NCBI GenBank assembly: GCA_035084275.1
Contig: CM068744.1
Coordinates: forward strand, 16,120,001 to 16,184,000
DNA length: 64,000 bases
Origin: Hydrolagus colliei
Taxonomy: Eukaryota
Reading direction: 5' to 3'
Part shown: positions 13,801 through 26,123 of the stretch, piece after piece
Position numbering within the stretch: position 1 is the stretch's first letter
Layout of the letters: each line of letters begins with the position of its first letter
Translations under genes and position numbers: made by a program
The notes under the pieces: generated by a model
What the model saw: only the letters and a program-made list of their open reading frames with translations
Database searches by the model: none
Told to the model about the DNA's origin: nothing

Positions 13801-14918
13801 TTCTTAATTAGGCTGTAGGTCGGTCAGAAAATAGCCCACTTGCAATGTTTATACACCTACAGAAACAGTTAATGATGTAATTAACTAATGAAGAGATTCT
13901 AGGTGACAGAATCCTTTTAGTCAGTTAATTACAGAAATAAGGACACCTGAATGTGTTTGAACATTGTTAGCCCATCGGCCCATTAACGCAGCAGTATTGA
14001 AGACCCCAATGTGTCTGTTGCTTCTTTACTTCTCCCAAGATAGAAGAATGTTTACCTGATGGCAATAATCTGCACTGATGGTGATTAGAACCGTGTGCTG
14101 CCTCTACTCCAAGGGACAGAATCTCAGCTGCATGTCTGGTTTTTATCTCCATATCCCAAGGTCACACAAGAAAGCTGCATTCGTCAATGCCAAACACTAT
14201 TTTACTTATATAACTGTAGGGGATGTGTGGGGCAACAGGGTATTGACCAAACTCCTCTCCCTTCCATCCCCATTCATCTATCCAGGCCATCACATTCCGC
14301 ATGGCTGTCTCTCCCTGTCAGGGCTAAGATCAGGAGCAAATGAGACCTTGAAAGGTTTTATTGCTACATTTTTTTTACTCGTTTTCCTCTATAATGTAGT
14401 GAATGTTGTTCAGTTTTTAGCACTTACTTCACAGGAGTTTCCTCCCCTCCGAAAGCCCCTACTCCCTTGTCCCCCATGTATGCCTATTTGAGAATCGCCC
14501 TCTGGGTTGCTGAAAAATTGCCTGTCCCATCGACATTTCAAGGAGCTGTTGGCAGTCTTAAGAGTTAAACTGTGCTTTACTTTTGACAATCATGCAGTAT
14601 TCAGTTTGTTTGAAGTGAACCACCATTGATAGAAACCAGAGTTGAATGGATGGACGATAAGCCAAGTTGAGGTACAGTCTAGTAGAAAAGACATTAAGAA
14701 GAATTGGACGTATTCCAACAGTCAACCTTTATCCTGACCTCCATTTTGATGGAACTTTAAAAGTTGTGAAAATATTTGGCTGTTTGTAACACATTGCTGT
14801 GTGCAAATTGATTGCCACGTTGGCCCACCACAATACAGTCACTACACTTTACAATAAATCCTGTGAAGCACTTTGAGATGGCCTGACAACGTGATAAAGC
14901 ACTTTGTCAAATGAAGTA

Positions 14919-15648
14919 CAGTAAAAGCCCGTTTATCCGGCACCCACGGGATCTGGCCAATGCCGGGTAAAGCGTCTGCTGAATATTCGGGCGGCCTGCA
15001 ACTGAAAACTCACAACAAAAAAATTAAAGTTCTTTTAACACACACCATACACCAGACTAAATAATAACAGATAATAACAGAATATTGCATTGCTACTTAT
15101 TGTTAAAACTACTCTCTTGCGCTTCTCACCTTTACTGATTGAGGTTTACAGTCCAGCGATTCTTTTTTAAATGGAGGACGCCAAGCGGATGAAAAAAATG
15201 GCAGCGCGATTTTAAAGTCACGTGATTTTACTAGCGGCAAACCTATGGGTCTAGATTCTACTAGCGGCAAACCGAAATACAGCACGTGCACGACAGTGTG
15301 GGTTATCGGCTAGCGTTATCGGCTAGCTGCTAGTATGGCTTTAAAATCGCGCTCTGTTTTTTTCACCCGCTTGGTGTGCTCCATTTTAAAAAGAATTGCT
15401 GGACTATAAACCTCAACCGCAGCATCATGGCTTCAAGCGCAGCATCTACCAGCAAAGATGAGAAGCGCAAGAGAGTAGTTTTAACAATAAATACTAATAC
15501 AATATTCTGTTATTATTTATGCATTTACAAATGCTTCACTGCTATTGTTCCGGATAAGTTCCGGTTTATCGAATGGGGACTTTTTTTTGGCGTGCCGGTT
15601 ATATGGAAATGCCGGTTCATCGAGTCACGGATAAACGGGCTTCTACTG
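14919..15648 (+). mobile_element. pogo/Tigger-family MITE, copy 1 (730 bp)
   Basis: TA TSDs; TIRs CAGTAAAAGCCCGTTTATCCG / CGGATAAACGGGCTTCTACTG; CpG-rich; closely similar to copies at 19459 and 22168. Confidence 0.92.
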
Positions 15649-17184
15649 TACATCACTGTGCATTCAAATCATTGAGTTTCTATACAACAACTAGAGAGAG
15701 AGTTTGTGACAGGCCATCAGTTTTTTTTGATCAGCCGGATGTCTGACATGTGAGGAAATCCATCACATTTCTTAAGAGTATTCAAACCAAAATGAGAATT
15801 CAATATATCCCACCTGCTCAGGGAAATGAGTATTAAGCAATAGTATTTTTGGTCAGTTGGGTAAGAGACACCCACGGAAAGCTATGCTTAATAGTTTCAC
15901 TTAGTCAAAAGTACTGTATCTAATGTAAGGATTATTATTACTTACACTTAGACACTTTCCCATTCAAACGGTTTTGCACTATTGTTTCCTCTCCTGGTGC
16001 TACGTTATGAACAAAATCAATGTTGGATCATATATTGAACCTAATGAATGAGAAAAACTGTTTGGATCTTATTTGATGACATTATAATTATGTTAATTAA
16101 CATCTTGAGTCATTAATCATTTATGACTGTACAGTCACAAGTGCAAAATTGTGAAAGACATTGTCTAACATTCTCCTGTGTATACTGTTTGCCCTTGTAA
16201 CTCAGCTCATTTCTTTAAAACAGCCCTTTCTTGTAGCATCAAAAGGGTAAGTGCAGACAGCCAGCATGTTGCATTCAGCAGTAGTAGCAAGTGGTTTGGG
16301 AGTACAGTACAAGAGCACATAGAACTGTATCCCAGTAGCAAGAAAAGGGAGTTAAATTTTTCCAAGAGGAGAAAATAGTCATAGAAATTTTCATGAATCC
16401 AGTGGTTTATTACAATATCAACTTGGATTTATATAATGCCCATTGCACAGGGTAACGTCTCAACACGTAACAGTGGCGGAGCATGAAACTGAGCCAGGGG
16501 GAGATGACTGTATATGGGCTCAAAGATAGGAAAGGCGAAGGGATCAAAGAAGAGTGTTCCAGAGTTTTGGGGTGCAGTGGCTGAAAGCGTTGGTGGAATA
16601 GTGAGCACATATGACATGCAAAAAGCTGGAGCCAGTCGAGCGAAGATGTGAGTTATTAGCAAAGGAGGGATATACTTTATGCTCTACAGAATTCATAAAA
16701 CAGACAGACAATGTTCAGAACTTTAATAGACTCAGAGAGATACAGTTTGTATCTGAGTTTGTGAGTTGACAGTCTGCAACCTTTTATAATTCACTCTCAC
16801 TTAAGTTCCCACCCTGCTCAGCTACTGACCCTAGTCTCTGCACTCAACAACTACAACAACAAAATTACATTTATAGAACACCTTTCACGTCGGGAGGACG
16901 TCCCAAGGCGCTGAACTACAGACCTTCTCCACCACAACAACATTGCATATGTATAGCTTTGAGCTGACTGTGTGGCTAGACGTTAGGCTTCCTTTAGTCT
17001 CCCTGGCTCTGTAAGTTTCCTAACCAGAGTCCCAGAGTGTGGTGACGGGCAGATCTATTTACAACTTTTATCCCACCCAGTCTCCGCATCCTCTTAGATA
17101 TCAGACAGTGTCCTTCACAGAGATTGCATGGCATAGGTGGTCAACACAATGCAGGACTCGGAAAGTATGTTAATAATTGGGTTC

Positions 17185-17440
17185 ATAGAATTATACGGAC
17201 AAAAGGAGGCCATTCGGCCCATCTAGTCTGTGCCGGCTCTTTGAACAGAGCAACTCAATCCCACTGCCCAGCTTTCTCCCCATAACCTAACAGACCTGCT
17301 CTTCCTAAATAAAGATCTAGTTCCCTTTTAAAAGCTGTTATGGAATCTGCCTCCACCACCTTTCAGGCAATGCATTCCAGATTCGAACAACCCGCTGAGT
17401 GAAAACATTTCTCCTCAGCTCCCCTCTGTGTTGTGCTAGA
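17185..17440 (-). mobile_element. CR1 LINE 3' end
   Basis: RGELRRNVFTQRVVRIWNALPE, the CR1 ORF2 C-terminus, and 3' UTR gatgggccgaatggcctcctt. Confidence 0.85.
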
Positions 17441-18204
17441 TTTATTTGTAAATTATAGCTCCATCTGGCATTTAACCAGTTCTGGGTTATAAATTTGCCC
17501 TGCAGGTCAGTTATGATTAAATTATCAAACAATATTTAATGTTTAGAATTCTTGGATCAAATCGAATGACTGTTTGCAATTAGATTATTTCTAGAAGTTT
17601 AGAAATGTTTCTCTGGCCAATTTGTTTTCCACAATTTTCTCCTATTTTCCTTTCCTGGGACCATTTGATTCCCTTTTCCTTCTATTGAGGTACAGTTCTA
17701 TGTGTTCTTGTACCCTCCAACCTCTCTGAGTGATTCTTATACAAAGTGCCCATGATTCATGTATGAGAGTTGAAACTGAGTGTTGCAGCCTAGTGGACAT
17801 TATGTGTGTTGTGTGTGTTTGTGTGGGGGTGGATGAGGTGGGAGGATAAAACAACTGAGCCTGACCCTGTCCTTAAGCAAACCTTCCAGCAAAGGTCTCT
17901 GGATAGTTCAGATGCAGGAACTCTGTCTGTTTCCCCTAACTCACTCAGGGACACACAAAAGGCAATTTTAATGTGCTAACTGCTGTCTGAGATTGGAAAA
18001 ATATGAACCTACGAGAGCTGTTTAACTCAGCACAGACTGGGATTTGATGCTGTTCTATTGTGTCCAGCAATAAAGGGATGGGGCAGCTTCTTAGAGTATA
18101 ACTAATATACTCGATGATCTGGTATGGTGAGCAACAGTTTTCAATTGAGAGGATATGAATCATACAAATATAAAACAGGTATATAATCCCTGATTGTTAA
18201 CAGA

Positions 18205-18545
18205 TAGGAAGAGTAACAGAGTATTCAGCCATTCAGCCTGCCGAGCCTGTTCCACCATTTAATTAGATCATGGGTGATCTGTACCTCAGCTAATCCTTTT
18301 AATTCCAATTTCCCACTTTTTCCCTAAGTACCCTGACCTACCAAAAATCTATCAACCTCACTCTTGAAGGTGTGGATGGATCAAGCATCCACGACTTTTA
18401 TGGGGAGAGAATTGCAGATGCCTACCACACTTAAGAGTGTAAAAATGCTTCCTGATTTCTCTCTTAAATGGCCTGGTTCTAATTTTAAGACTATTGCCCC
18501 CCTTGTTTTAGATTCCCACCAGAGAAAATAGCTTCTCTGTATAAC
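18205..18545 (-). mobile_element. CR1 LINE 3' fragment (diverged)
   Basis: gccattcagcctgccgagcctgttccaccatttaattagatcatgg...aaaatgcttcctgatttctctcttaaatggcc. Confidence 0.7.
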
Positions 18546-19306
18546 CTACCCAGCAAATTTTTAATATAGACAAACATGTGAAAATGAAACCAAAGCACTT
18601 TAGATAACATGCTGAGGATTGAATGGATGCACTGATAAAATTATTATTTTTTATACAATTATAACTATGCTTTAATTCTTGCATATGAAGCTAGAATCAG
18701 ACAGCCAGTCAAGTTGGGTCACTTTTGTAGTGAGGAGTGATTACTCCACCTACACAAACAAACAATATCAACCTTCTGCTGCCACACTGTACATTTTCTG
18801 GAACAAAGGAAGTGAAGAGTGTATCACTCAACCCATAGATTGAGAAGGAATGTGTCTTCAGTGTGGCTGACCAAAATAGCAGTTCCTGTTTTATGCAGAA
18901 GGTGGCAGTGCCACCCAGCTGTGCTGTGGTACTGTTACCACCGACTGCAACAAAAGGCAAATGATCTTTTGAATATACAGACGAACAAATATAAAAATGT
19001 ACATTGTCTCAAGGTTATAAGGGGAATGGCAAGGTTTATCATGGCAAACATACATTCTCAAACCAAAGATACCAGTTAAAAATTGGGAAGAAAGAAATTC
19101 AGAATAAACTTGTGGACAATGTTATCAAGAAAGGGTTTCAAAACATGCAATTTCAAAGTGTTTGAGAGGCACGGTATCTTTGTGGAAAGGGAAGGGGGAA
19201 TGAGGGACATGATAAGATGGAAGATAGCTGGGGTTAAGAACCGTTGGATCTAATGGACCTAGTTAGTCTTAAACATTCCTCTGTTTTTATGTTGATAAAA
19301 ATGAAA

Positions 19307-20433
19307 ATAATAATAATATTCCTTGCACATCTTTGTGACAACTCAAAGAACGTCACAGAATATACTGTGAAGTGCATTGATTGTAGATTTTGTGGACAAA
19401 ACACAGTGATGTCCCACGAACAGTCGTAGATTGAGTGACAAAATGATTTTTATATATACAGTAGAAACCCGTTTATCCGTGTTTCTATGAACCGGCACTT
19501 CCGTATAACCGGAACTTATCCATAACAATAGCGGTAGAGCATTTGTAAATGCATAAATAATAACTGAATATTGTATTGGTATTTATTGTTAAAACTACTC
19601 TCTTGCGCTTCTCACCTTTACTGGTAGATGTTGCGTTTGAAGCCATGATGCTGCGGTTGAGGTTTATAGTCCAGCGATTGTTTTTAAAATGGAGCATGCC
19701 AAGCGGGTGAAAAAAATGGAGTGCGACTTTAAAGCCATACTAGCAGCAAGCCGATAACCTAGCCAATAACCCACATTGCCACACAGGTGCAGTATTTCGG
19801 TTTGCCGCTAATAGAGTTTAGGGCTATCAGTTTGCCGCGAGTAAAGTCGCGCGACTTTAAAATTGCGCTGCCGTTTTTGTCACCCGCTTGCCGTCCTCCA
19901 TTTTTAAAAAAAATCGCTGGACTGTAAACCTCAATCAGTAAAGGTGAGAAGCGCAAGAGAGTAGTTTTAACAATAAGTACCAATATAATATTCTGTTATT
20001 ATCTATTGTTATTTAGTCTGGTGTGTATGGTATGTGTTAAAAGAACAGACATTTTTTTGTTGTGGCTTTTCAGCCGCGGGCCGCCCATGTATCCAGCAGG
20101 CGCTTTAACCGGCATTGGCCAGGTCCGGTGGGTGCCGGATAAATGGGCTTTTACTGTATATATATATTTATATATTTTTTTGAACGGATTATTACCCCGG
20201 AAAAACAATTCACCAATCAACTAACAACCGAGTTCCTACTTACAGCCAGGAAACAGTGACATGTGGGGTAAGGAACTTGCCCAACATTTTGCCATGGTCA
20301 GGAAAGCGCTCTTGAGACGCTGTCCGGCATGGCAGGCGCTATATAAATCAAAGTTGTTGACTCAAAGCCAGGTCTTCTCGAGGCGAGGTCCTTGTGAGGC
20401 AAGTGCTCTTACTATTAAGCTACAGGACTCCAC
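19307..20433 (-). mobile_element. tRNA-headed SINE (long subfamily) interrupted by MITE copy 2 and by a short L2 tail at about 20305-20360
   Basis: Tail at 19307, body to 19458, resumes at 20157, head ends at ...gctacaggactccac. Confidence 0.8.
19459..20156 (-). mobile_element. Same MITE, copy 2 (inverted), inserted in a (TA)n tract of a SINE
   Basis: TA|CAGTAGAAACCCGTTTATCCG...GGATAAATGGGCTTTTACTG|TA; reverse complement of copy 1 with a small internal deletion. Confidence 0.92.
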
Positions 20434-21572
20434 AGTTGGAGGATGTTTTACATGCACACATCCCAATATTATGGATACACTCGCAGTGAAGTTGCACTAT
20501 CAGCAATTGCTTCTCAAACTGTAGGAGTGAGAGAGGTTAATAGCAACACAACCACACACATACCTTAAATCCAACATGTTGTGCTTCCAAGACTTGCTGT
20601 CTGCTTTACCTATAAATGTGAGTATTCAGTACAATTGTCATTTGCAGCGTGAAATACAGCTAAGAGAAGAGAAAAGACAGCATGCATCAAATCCAGAGTC
20701 TCTGGGGAACATCTGGAGAACAGTCAAGTATGTCAGTACCAGCATGGATAGTTTATTATTCCTGTCCATCAGGTTGACAGAAATACTACAGCATTGTGAT
20801 GAAGCAATGTTCATTCTCCATTTAACAAAACCTTTTCAACAAGGTTAGAATGAAAAGGTTGAGCTCAGTTCTTACCAAATATGAACAGTCATGTAAACTG
20901 TTAGTATCTACAGTGAGAGCAAAGTATTAGCAGGTGGCAGTGTAACTTGGCTTCATGATCTCCATTTCTTGAGAGAAATATTCAGGATCAATGAAACACC
21001 TTACATCGACCTTGTCACTGCTCCTGTTACTAATCTTGCTCATCTGGAGGGAGCTACACCAATATAGTTTGTTGTAGCAGGAAGGCATCAATAAATACTG
21101 TTTGTGCCTAGGAACTGTGTGGGAAATTAGTAGTGAGGTCTAATGTCACAGGTGCTGACAACATTAAACTAGTTGGATGCACGCTCTACCTTGCGGAGGC
21201 TGTGCAGAGCCTTGGTGTGTTGCCTCACCGTTGTTTGAATCTCATGTCCGTGTTCTGAATACTCAATTTTCCCTCACCTCCGTAACATTGCTCGCTATCA
21301 CCATAACCTCCTCCTTTGGGCTCCCAATATCTAATGCCAATGGAACAAGTTCAGGATCCTCATGGTAACCTTTAAATCTCTCTATGGTCTTTCCCCAGCC
21401 AAAAGATAAATATCAGATCAAACTGAATGGTTGATAACAGTTAGAATTGGATGAATAAGTGGGAAAAGATAAGCAATTAAGAAAAATGTATCATGTGTTA
21501 AGCATAGTCACATCTCTTTTGTTGGTCACTTTGAGCTGTTTCACATGAAAATTAAGCAACCTTGAGCAAAAT

Positions 21573-21872
21573 GTGGAGTCCTGTAGCTCAGTCACTTGCC
21601 TTACAGGCGTGAGACCTGTCTTCGAATCTAGGCAGGGCGAAACCTTGGGCAAGTTTCCTTACTCCACAACCTTAATAATAATCCTTCTAAAAAAAAACGA
21701 TACTAAATTGTTCATTTCAATCCATGACTTTTTGTGGGACAAACTGTTTGCAATTGCTGCTGCGTTTTGTCCACAAATATACAGTCAATTCACTTTACAG
21801 TATATTCTGTGTAGCGCATTGAGACATCTAAACGACGTGCTAAGTGCTAATTCAAATGCAAGGATTATTATT
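21573..21872 (+). mobile_element. tRNA-headed SINE, near full length
   Basis: gtggagtcctgtagctcag...accttgggcaagtttccttactccac...aaatgcaaggattattatt. Confidence 0.88.
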
Positions 21873-22167
21873 AAAATAACTAGTTTAAAAATAATAAATC
21901 CTTGTATTTAGTTTATCACCTAGTAGTATTGGAAGGTCAATGCACTTTACAAAATTTACTGTGAGTATATTGACTGTCACAATAGCCAATTTGCACACAA
22001 CAATGTCCCGCAAACATCAATGAATGGGTGACCAATTTTAGTTGAGGGATTGTTGCCCAGGACACCAGGAGAAACTCTTCTCTTTTTGGTAATGCCATAA
22101 GATTTTTTTATCACCATCTGAACAAGCTGACATTACTTCAGGTTAAACTTCCATTTCAAGGAAGGTA

Positions 22168-22906
22168 CAGTAGAAGCCCATTTATCCGTGACTCGATGAA
22201 CCGGCACTTCCGTATAACCGGCATGCCAAAAAAAAGTCCCCATTCAATAAACCGGAATTTATCCAGAACAATAGCAGTGGAGCATTTGTAAATAGATAAA
22301 TAAAAACATAATAAAAGAATATTGTATTGGTACTTATTGTTAAAACTACTCTCTTGCACTTCTCACCTTTACTGGTAGATGTTGCGTTTGAAGCCATGAT
22401 GCTGTGGTTGAGGTTTATAGTCCAGCGATTCTTTTTAAAATGGAGCACACCAAGCGGGTGTAAAAACGGAGTGCAACTTTAAAGCCATAGTAGTGGCAAG
22501 TCGATAACACTAGCCGATAACCCATATTGTCGCGCAGGTACAGTATTTTGGTTTGCCGCTAGTAGAGTCTAGGGCTATCTAGGGCTATCGGCTTGCCGCT
22601 AGTAAAGTTGTTTAAAATCGCGCTGCCGTTTTTTTCACCCGCTTGGCGTCCTCCATTTAAAAAAGAATCGCTGGACTGTAAACCTCAATCAGTAAAGGTG
22701 AGAAGCGCAAGAGAGTAGTTTTAACAATAAGTACCAATACAATATTCTGTTATCTGTTATTATTTAGTCTGGTGTGTATGGTGTGTGTTAAAAGAACTTA
22801 AATTTTTTGTAGTGGGTTTTCGGCTTCGGACCGCCCGAATATCCGGCAGGCGCTTTAACCGGCATTGGCCAGGTCCTGAGGGTGCCGGATAAACGGGCTT
22901 TTACTG
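22168..22906 (-). mobile_element. Same MITE, copy 3 (inverted), inserted in an older Deu-type SINE
   Basis: TA|CAGTAGAAGCCCATTTATCCG...CGGATAAACGGGCTTTTACTG|TA. Confidence 0.92.
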
Positions 22907-23398
22907 TACTTCCAATAATACAACACACTCGCAGCACTGCATTTGTGTGACAGCCTAGACTATGAGATGAATGTTGCCAATTGAGCTAAGGTAACATCTA
23001 AGTACAGTACAACAAAGAAGTCTTCAAAATTGTATCAAAAATCATGAGTAAATAATAAGGTCACTACATTTTACAGTGAATCCTATGAAGCGAGTTGAGA
23101 TACCCTCGTAATGTGAAAGGCACTTTTTATGTAGTGTATTATATACTGTATTATGATGTTGCAGGCACATTCTGAAGCTGAACATTTCTGATTCCTTTTG
23201 GTATAAGGGAAATATTTCAGACATAGCATTTGTGTAACAGAATCATTTTATTCCATCCTAAAGCCATTTCGAAAGAGTTCTTTTTCAATGTCAGTGCTTT
23301 TCATAAGGGTTCATATTTGCAAGTTCAGTAAAGCAAACACTGTTACTTTTGGTCAACTGTGTTTTGAGACAACTCTGTTTTGTTTCTCATCTCTTTAG

Positions 23399-24210
23399 AT
23401 CACTCAAGCACAAGTGGTACTTCAACCTTCCAACCAATCAAATCTCAGATTATCATCCCCACAGCCCATGTCATGCCTTCCACCTCTTCGCCAATGACAC
23501 ACACAAAGCAAGACGGGCCTGACTGCAACAAATGGAACATAACTTTGACCCTGCCAGGCCAGCCAAGAGCCACTTCTTTAGACATGAAGGATCCAAGATC
23601 TATCAGGAAATGGTCGTCATTGACCAAACTGAACGGTTCTGGGAATTGCCAAAAGGACTTTGGGTCTGGTGGAAAGGGAGATTCTTTGAGCAATTTCAAG
23701 AGTGTAACAAATGATCATGTGAAGCCATGTGGACATGGAGTAAATGACTTGGACAATTTAACATATCACAAGACGGAACACTTGCGGACCTGCGGAGATG
23801 CTCAGGACAGGACCACTTGCACTAAAGAGCCTGGCCAAAGTCAATCATCAGTATTGACTAGTCAATATAAACATGAGAACTGTAGCAGACATATAAGGGA
23901 TACTCGTCCAATCACTGTAACGCCCAGAAAAAATGCCTTAGATTTAACATTCAGTGCCTTATGTGAAACCAAACCCATTCTATCTGATCAGGAGGTTTAC
24001 AGACAAAGACACAGTTTTATGCCTTTAGAACACCAGCAAGCTGTCAATGGGATTCCCATCCAGCCAGCTTTGAGGACTCAGATGTGGCTCAGTGACCAGA
24101 TGCAGACTAATTCATTGGACTACACAACTGCAGGGGGATCGTGCGTCTTTGCTCCATGGCAAAAAAAACAGCAACTGGAACACTTGAGGCAAGAGGTTGA
24201 ACAAATCCAG
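23399..24210 (+). CDS. CEP85L: Internal coding exon (812 nt, phase 1 in / phase 0 out) of centrosomal protein 85-like, equivalent to human exon 3
   Basis: Acceptor tttctcatctctttAG|ATCAC at 23398/23399 and donor ATCCAG|GTGAGA at 24210/24211. Translation (DHSSTSGTSTFQPIKSQIIIPTAHVMPS...SLDMKDPRSIRKWSSLTKL...DLTFSALCETKPI...QQAVNGIPIQPALRTQMWLSDQMQTN...APWQKKQQ) matches recalled CEP85L motifs (LPTAHVMPS, LDMKDFRPLRKWSSLSKL, GVPIQPSVRTQMWL). Synteny with nested PLN agrees. Confidence 0.93.
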
Positions 24211-25907
24211 GTGAGACTTTCGTTACTTACTAAATATCTTGGGAATGGGCTTCGACCTCACTGGACTTCAGCATTATCTGGTAGTTTGAATAAGGATTGA
24301 GAACAAAATGAACGGGAATGTATGTCCTGGGAATTCGGCGCAAATGATTAACTTATTTCTGAAAAGAAGCATGAGAAGCAGTCTTCTTGCCTGTGTCAAG
24401 CACACACTGTTTAGCAATTGCAAAGCTGGAGACAAGCAGATGGGATCTGGCATGAGTTTACATTAAATTCTTTTGGAACACAGTCAGTACTGGAGCATGT
24501 GATATGATAGTCTCACTGGTGACAGTGCTCAAAACAATGCTCACTGCAAACTTGTGATAGATGTGACCTGACAAGTACTATCTTTGCTGCTATTAAACAG
24601 GCTTCATTCAGGCAGGTTTCTTAATGCTTTGCTAACACAAGTACAAAAGGTAGCAGTGTTACCATGCAACCAAACGTTTTGAATACATAAGATTTAAGCA
24701 AAGAGGAACTCAGAGAAAGGACACGCTGATGAAAACCAGATCCCATCACCTCATCAGTTGGCGTCTTGGGCCAACTTCCTTTTTGACCCCACCTCTCCCA
24801 TTATCTTCCTTTCTTTCCAGAAAGCAAGGACTCACCAAGGTGGTTACTCTTCATATGTGAACCAAAAGACTTGAGCGTTGGCAGGTTATTCAATAGGTGT
24901 GTTGCAGTTCAGCCTGATCCTATACTGCCCTGATGACTACATATAACCAGTAGAGTCACTGGCTAGGAATTAGGAACAGGATGTTCCAAATTCCCCTCTC
25001 CACAACCCAATCCACTACCCAGATTTGCCTATAAGAACAGCCACAACCCCTGACAGCAAAATAAGATGCTATGAAATGAAAGTTCTTTTGTTTTCTCTCT
25101 TAACTATTCTCATTGCTGTACCGCAGGTTACGTATGTATTTTAATATAAGATACAGAATTAAATACAGAATACAACATACTGTAGGCAAACATATGTTAT
25201 ATTGCAAAATATTTATAGAAAATGTACAACTGTGATTCCTTTTAAAAACGAGGAATAGAGTCATTATAGTCAACAGAAAGACTTGTATGGTAACCCACAG
25301 TGGCATGTGATTTTCCCCCATTTCCCCCATTCAACTTTGCTGCTCACTAGAACTTTCTCGAAAGTGCCAAAGTTAGTATAGAGATAACCATTTATAAAAA
25401 TCATTAGATATAAGATGGCACTCGGTGCTCCCATTGATTCTCAATAAATTTGTATTATTTTTACTTGCTATTTAAACACAATGATTTGTATGGAAAATGT
25501 CAGCCTTCGCATAGTATATTACAAATAAGACTTACTAACAAATAGAAAATGTAAACAATTTTGATGTAATTTTAATCAATGCGAACATATGGAATGCAAC
25601 CACATGCTTTATAATGTGTAATAACTCACAAAACAAACCACAATTCTTTGTTCTTATTTCTTGGCCAGATATAACGTTACAGTGTGTGAATACAATCAGT
25701 TCCAAAAAATGGAAGAATTAGAATCATAAACTGTGTAGGTTGAATACCCAAAGGTGAAGCTATGCACAGTTTATTCCAAACAGGTACATGGTTTAGTTGG
25801 AACATTTTGCAGGAAGGTTGAATTGAATCACTGCACTTTTAGCCACTCCGAGTAAACTCAAACCGCGACTAATCTACTTGCAGTGGGTTGAACTACCACA
25901 AGTATTA

Positions 25908-26123
25908 CAGTAAAAGCCCGTTTATCCAGCACCCTCGAGACCTGGCCAATGCCGGTTAAAGTGCGTGCCGGATATTCGAGCGAAAACGCAAACAATAAAT
26001 AAATAAAGTTAATGCATTTTTCTGGATAAATTTCGGGTAATTGAATGCGGACCTTTTTTTTTTGCGATGCCGGTTATACGGAAGGTACGGTTGATCGGAT
26101 GCCGGATAAACAGGCTTTTACTG
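25908..26123 (+). mobile_element. Short (216 bp) MITE variant with the same TIRs
   Basis: TA|CAGTAAAAGCCCGTTTATCC...CCGGATAAACAGGCTTTTACTG|TA; lacks the internal foldback. Confidence 0.9.

Noticed and set aside
23380-24300. 306-aa ORF as a single-exon gene
   Set aside because: Begins at TTG in the polypyrimidine tract and runs past the GT donor; only 23399-24210 is exon.
25100-25330. 76-aa minus-strand ORF with a hydrophobic stretch as a second SERCA-regulating micropeptide
   Set aside because: No regulin motif, AT-rich codons produce hydrophobic runs by chance, and no splice or promoter support.
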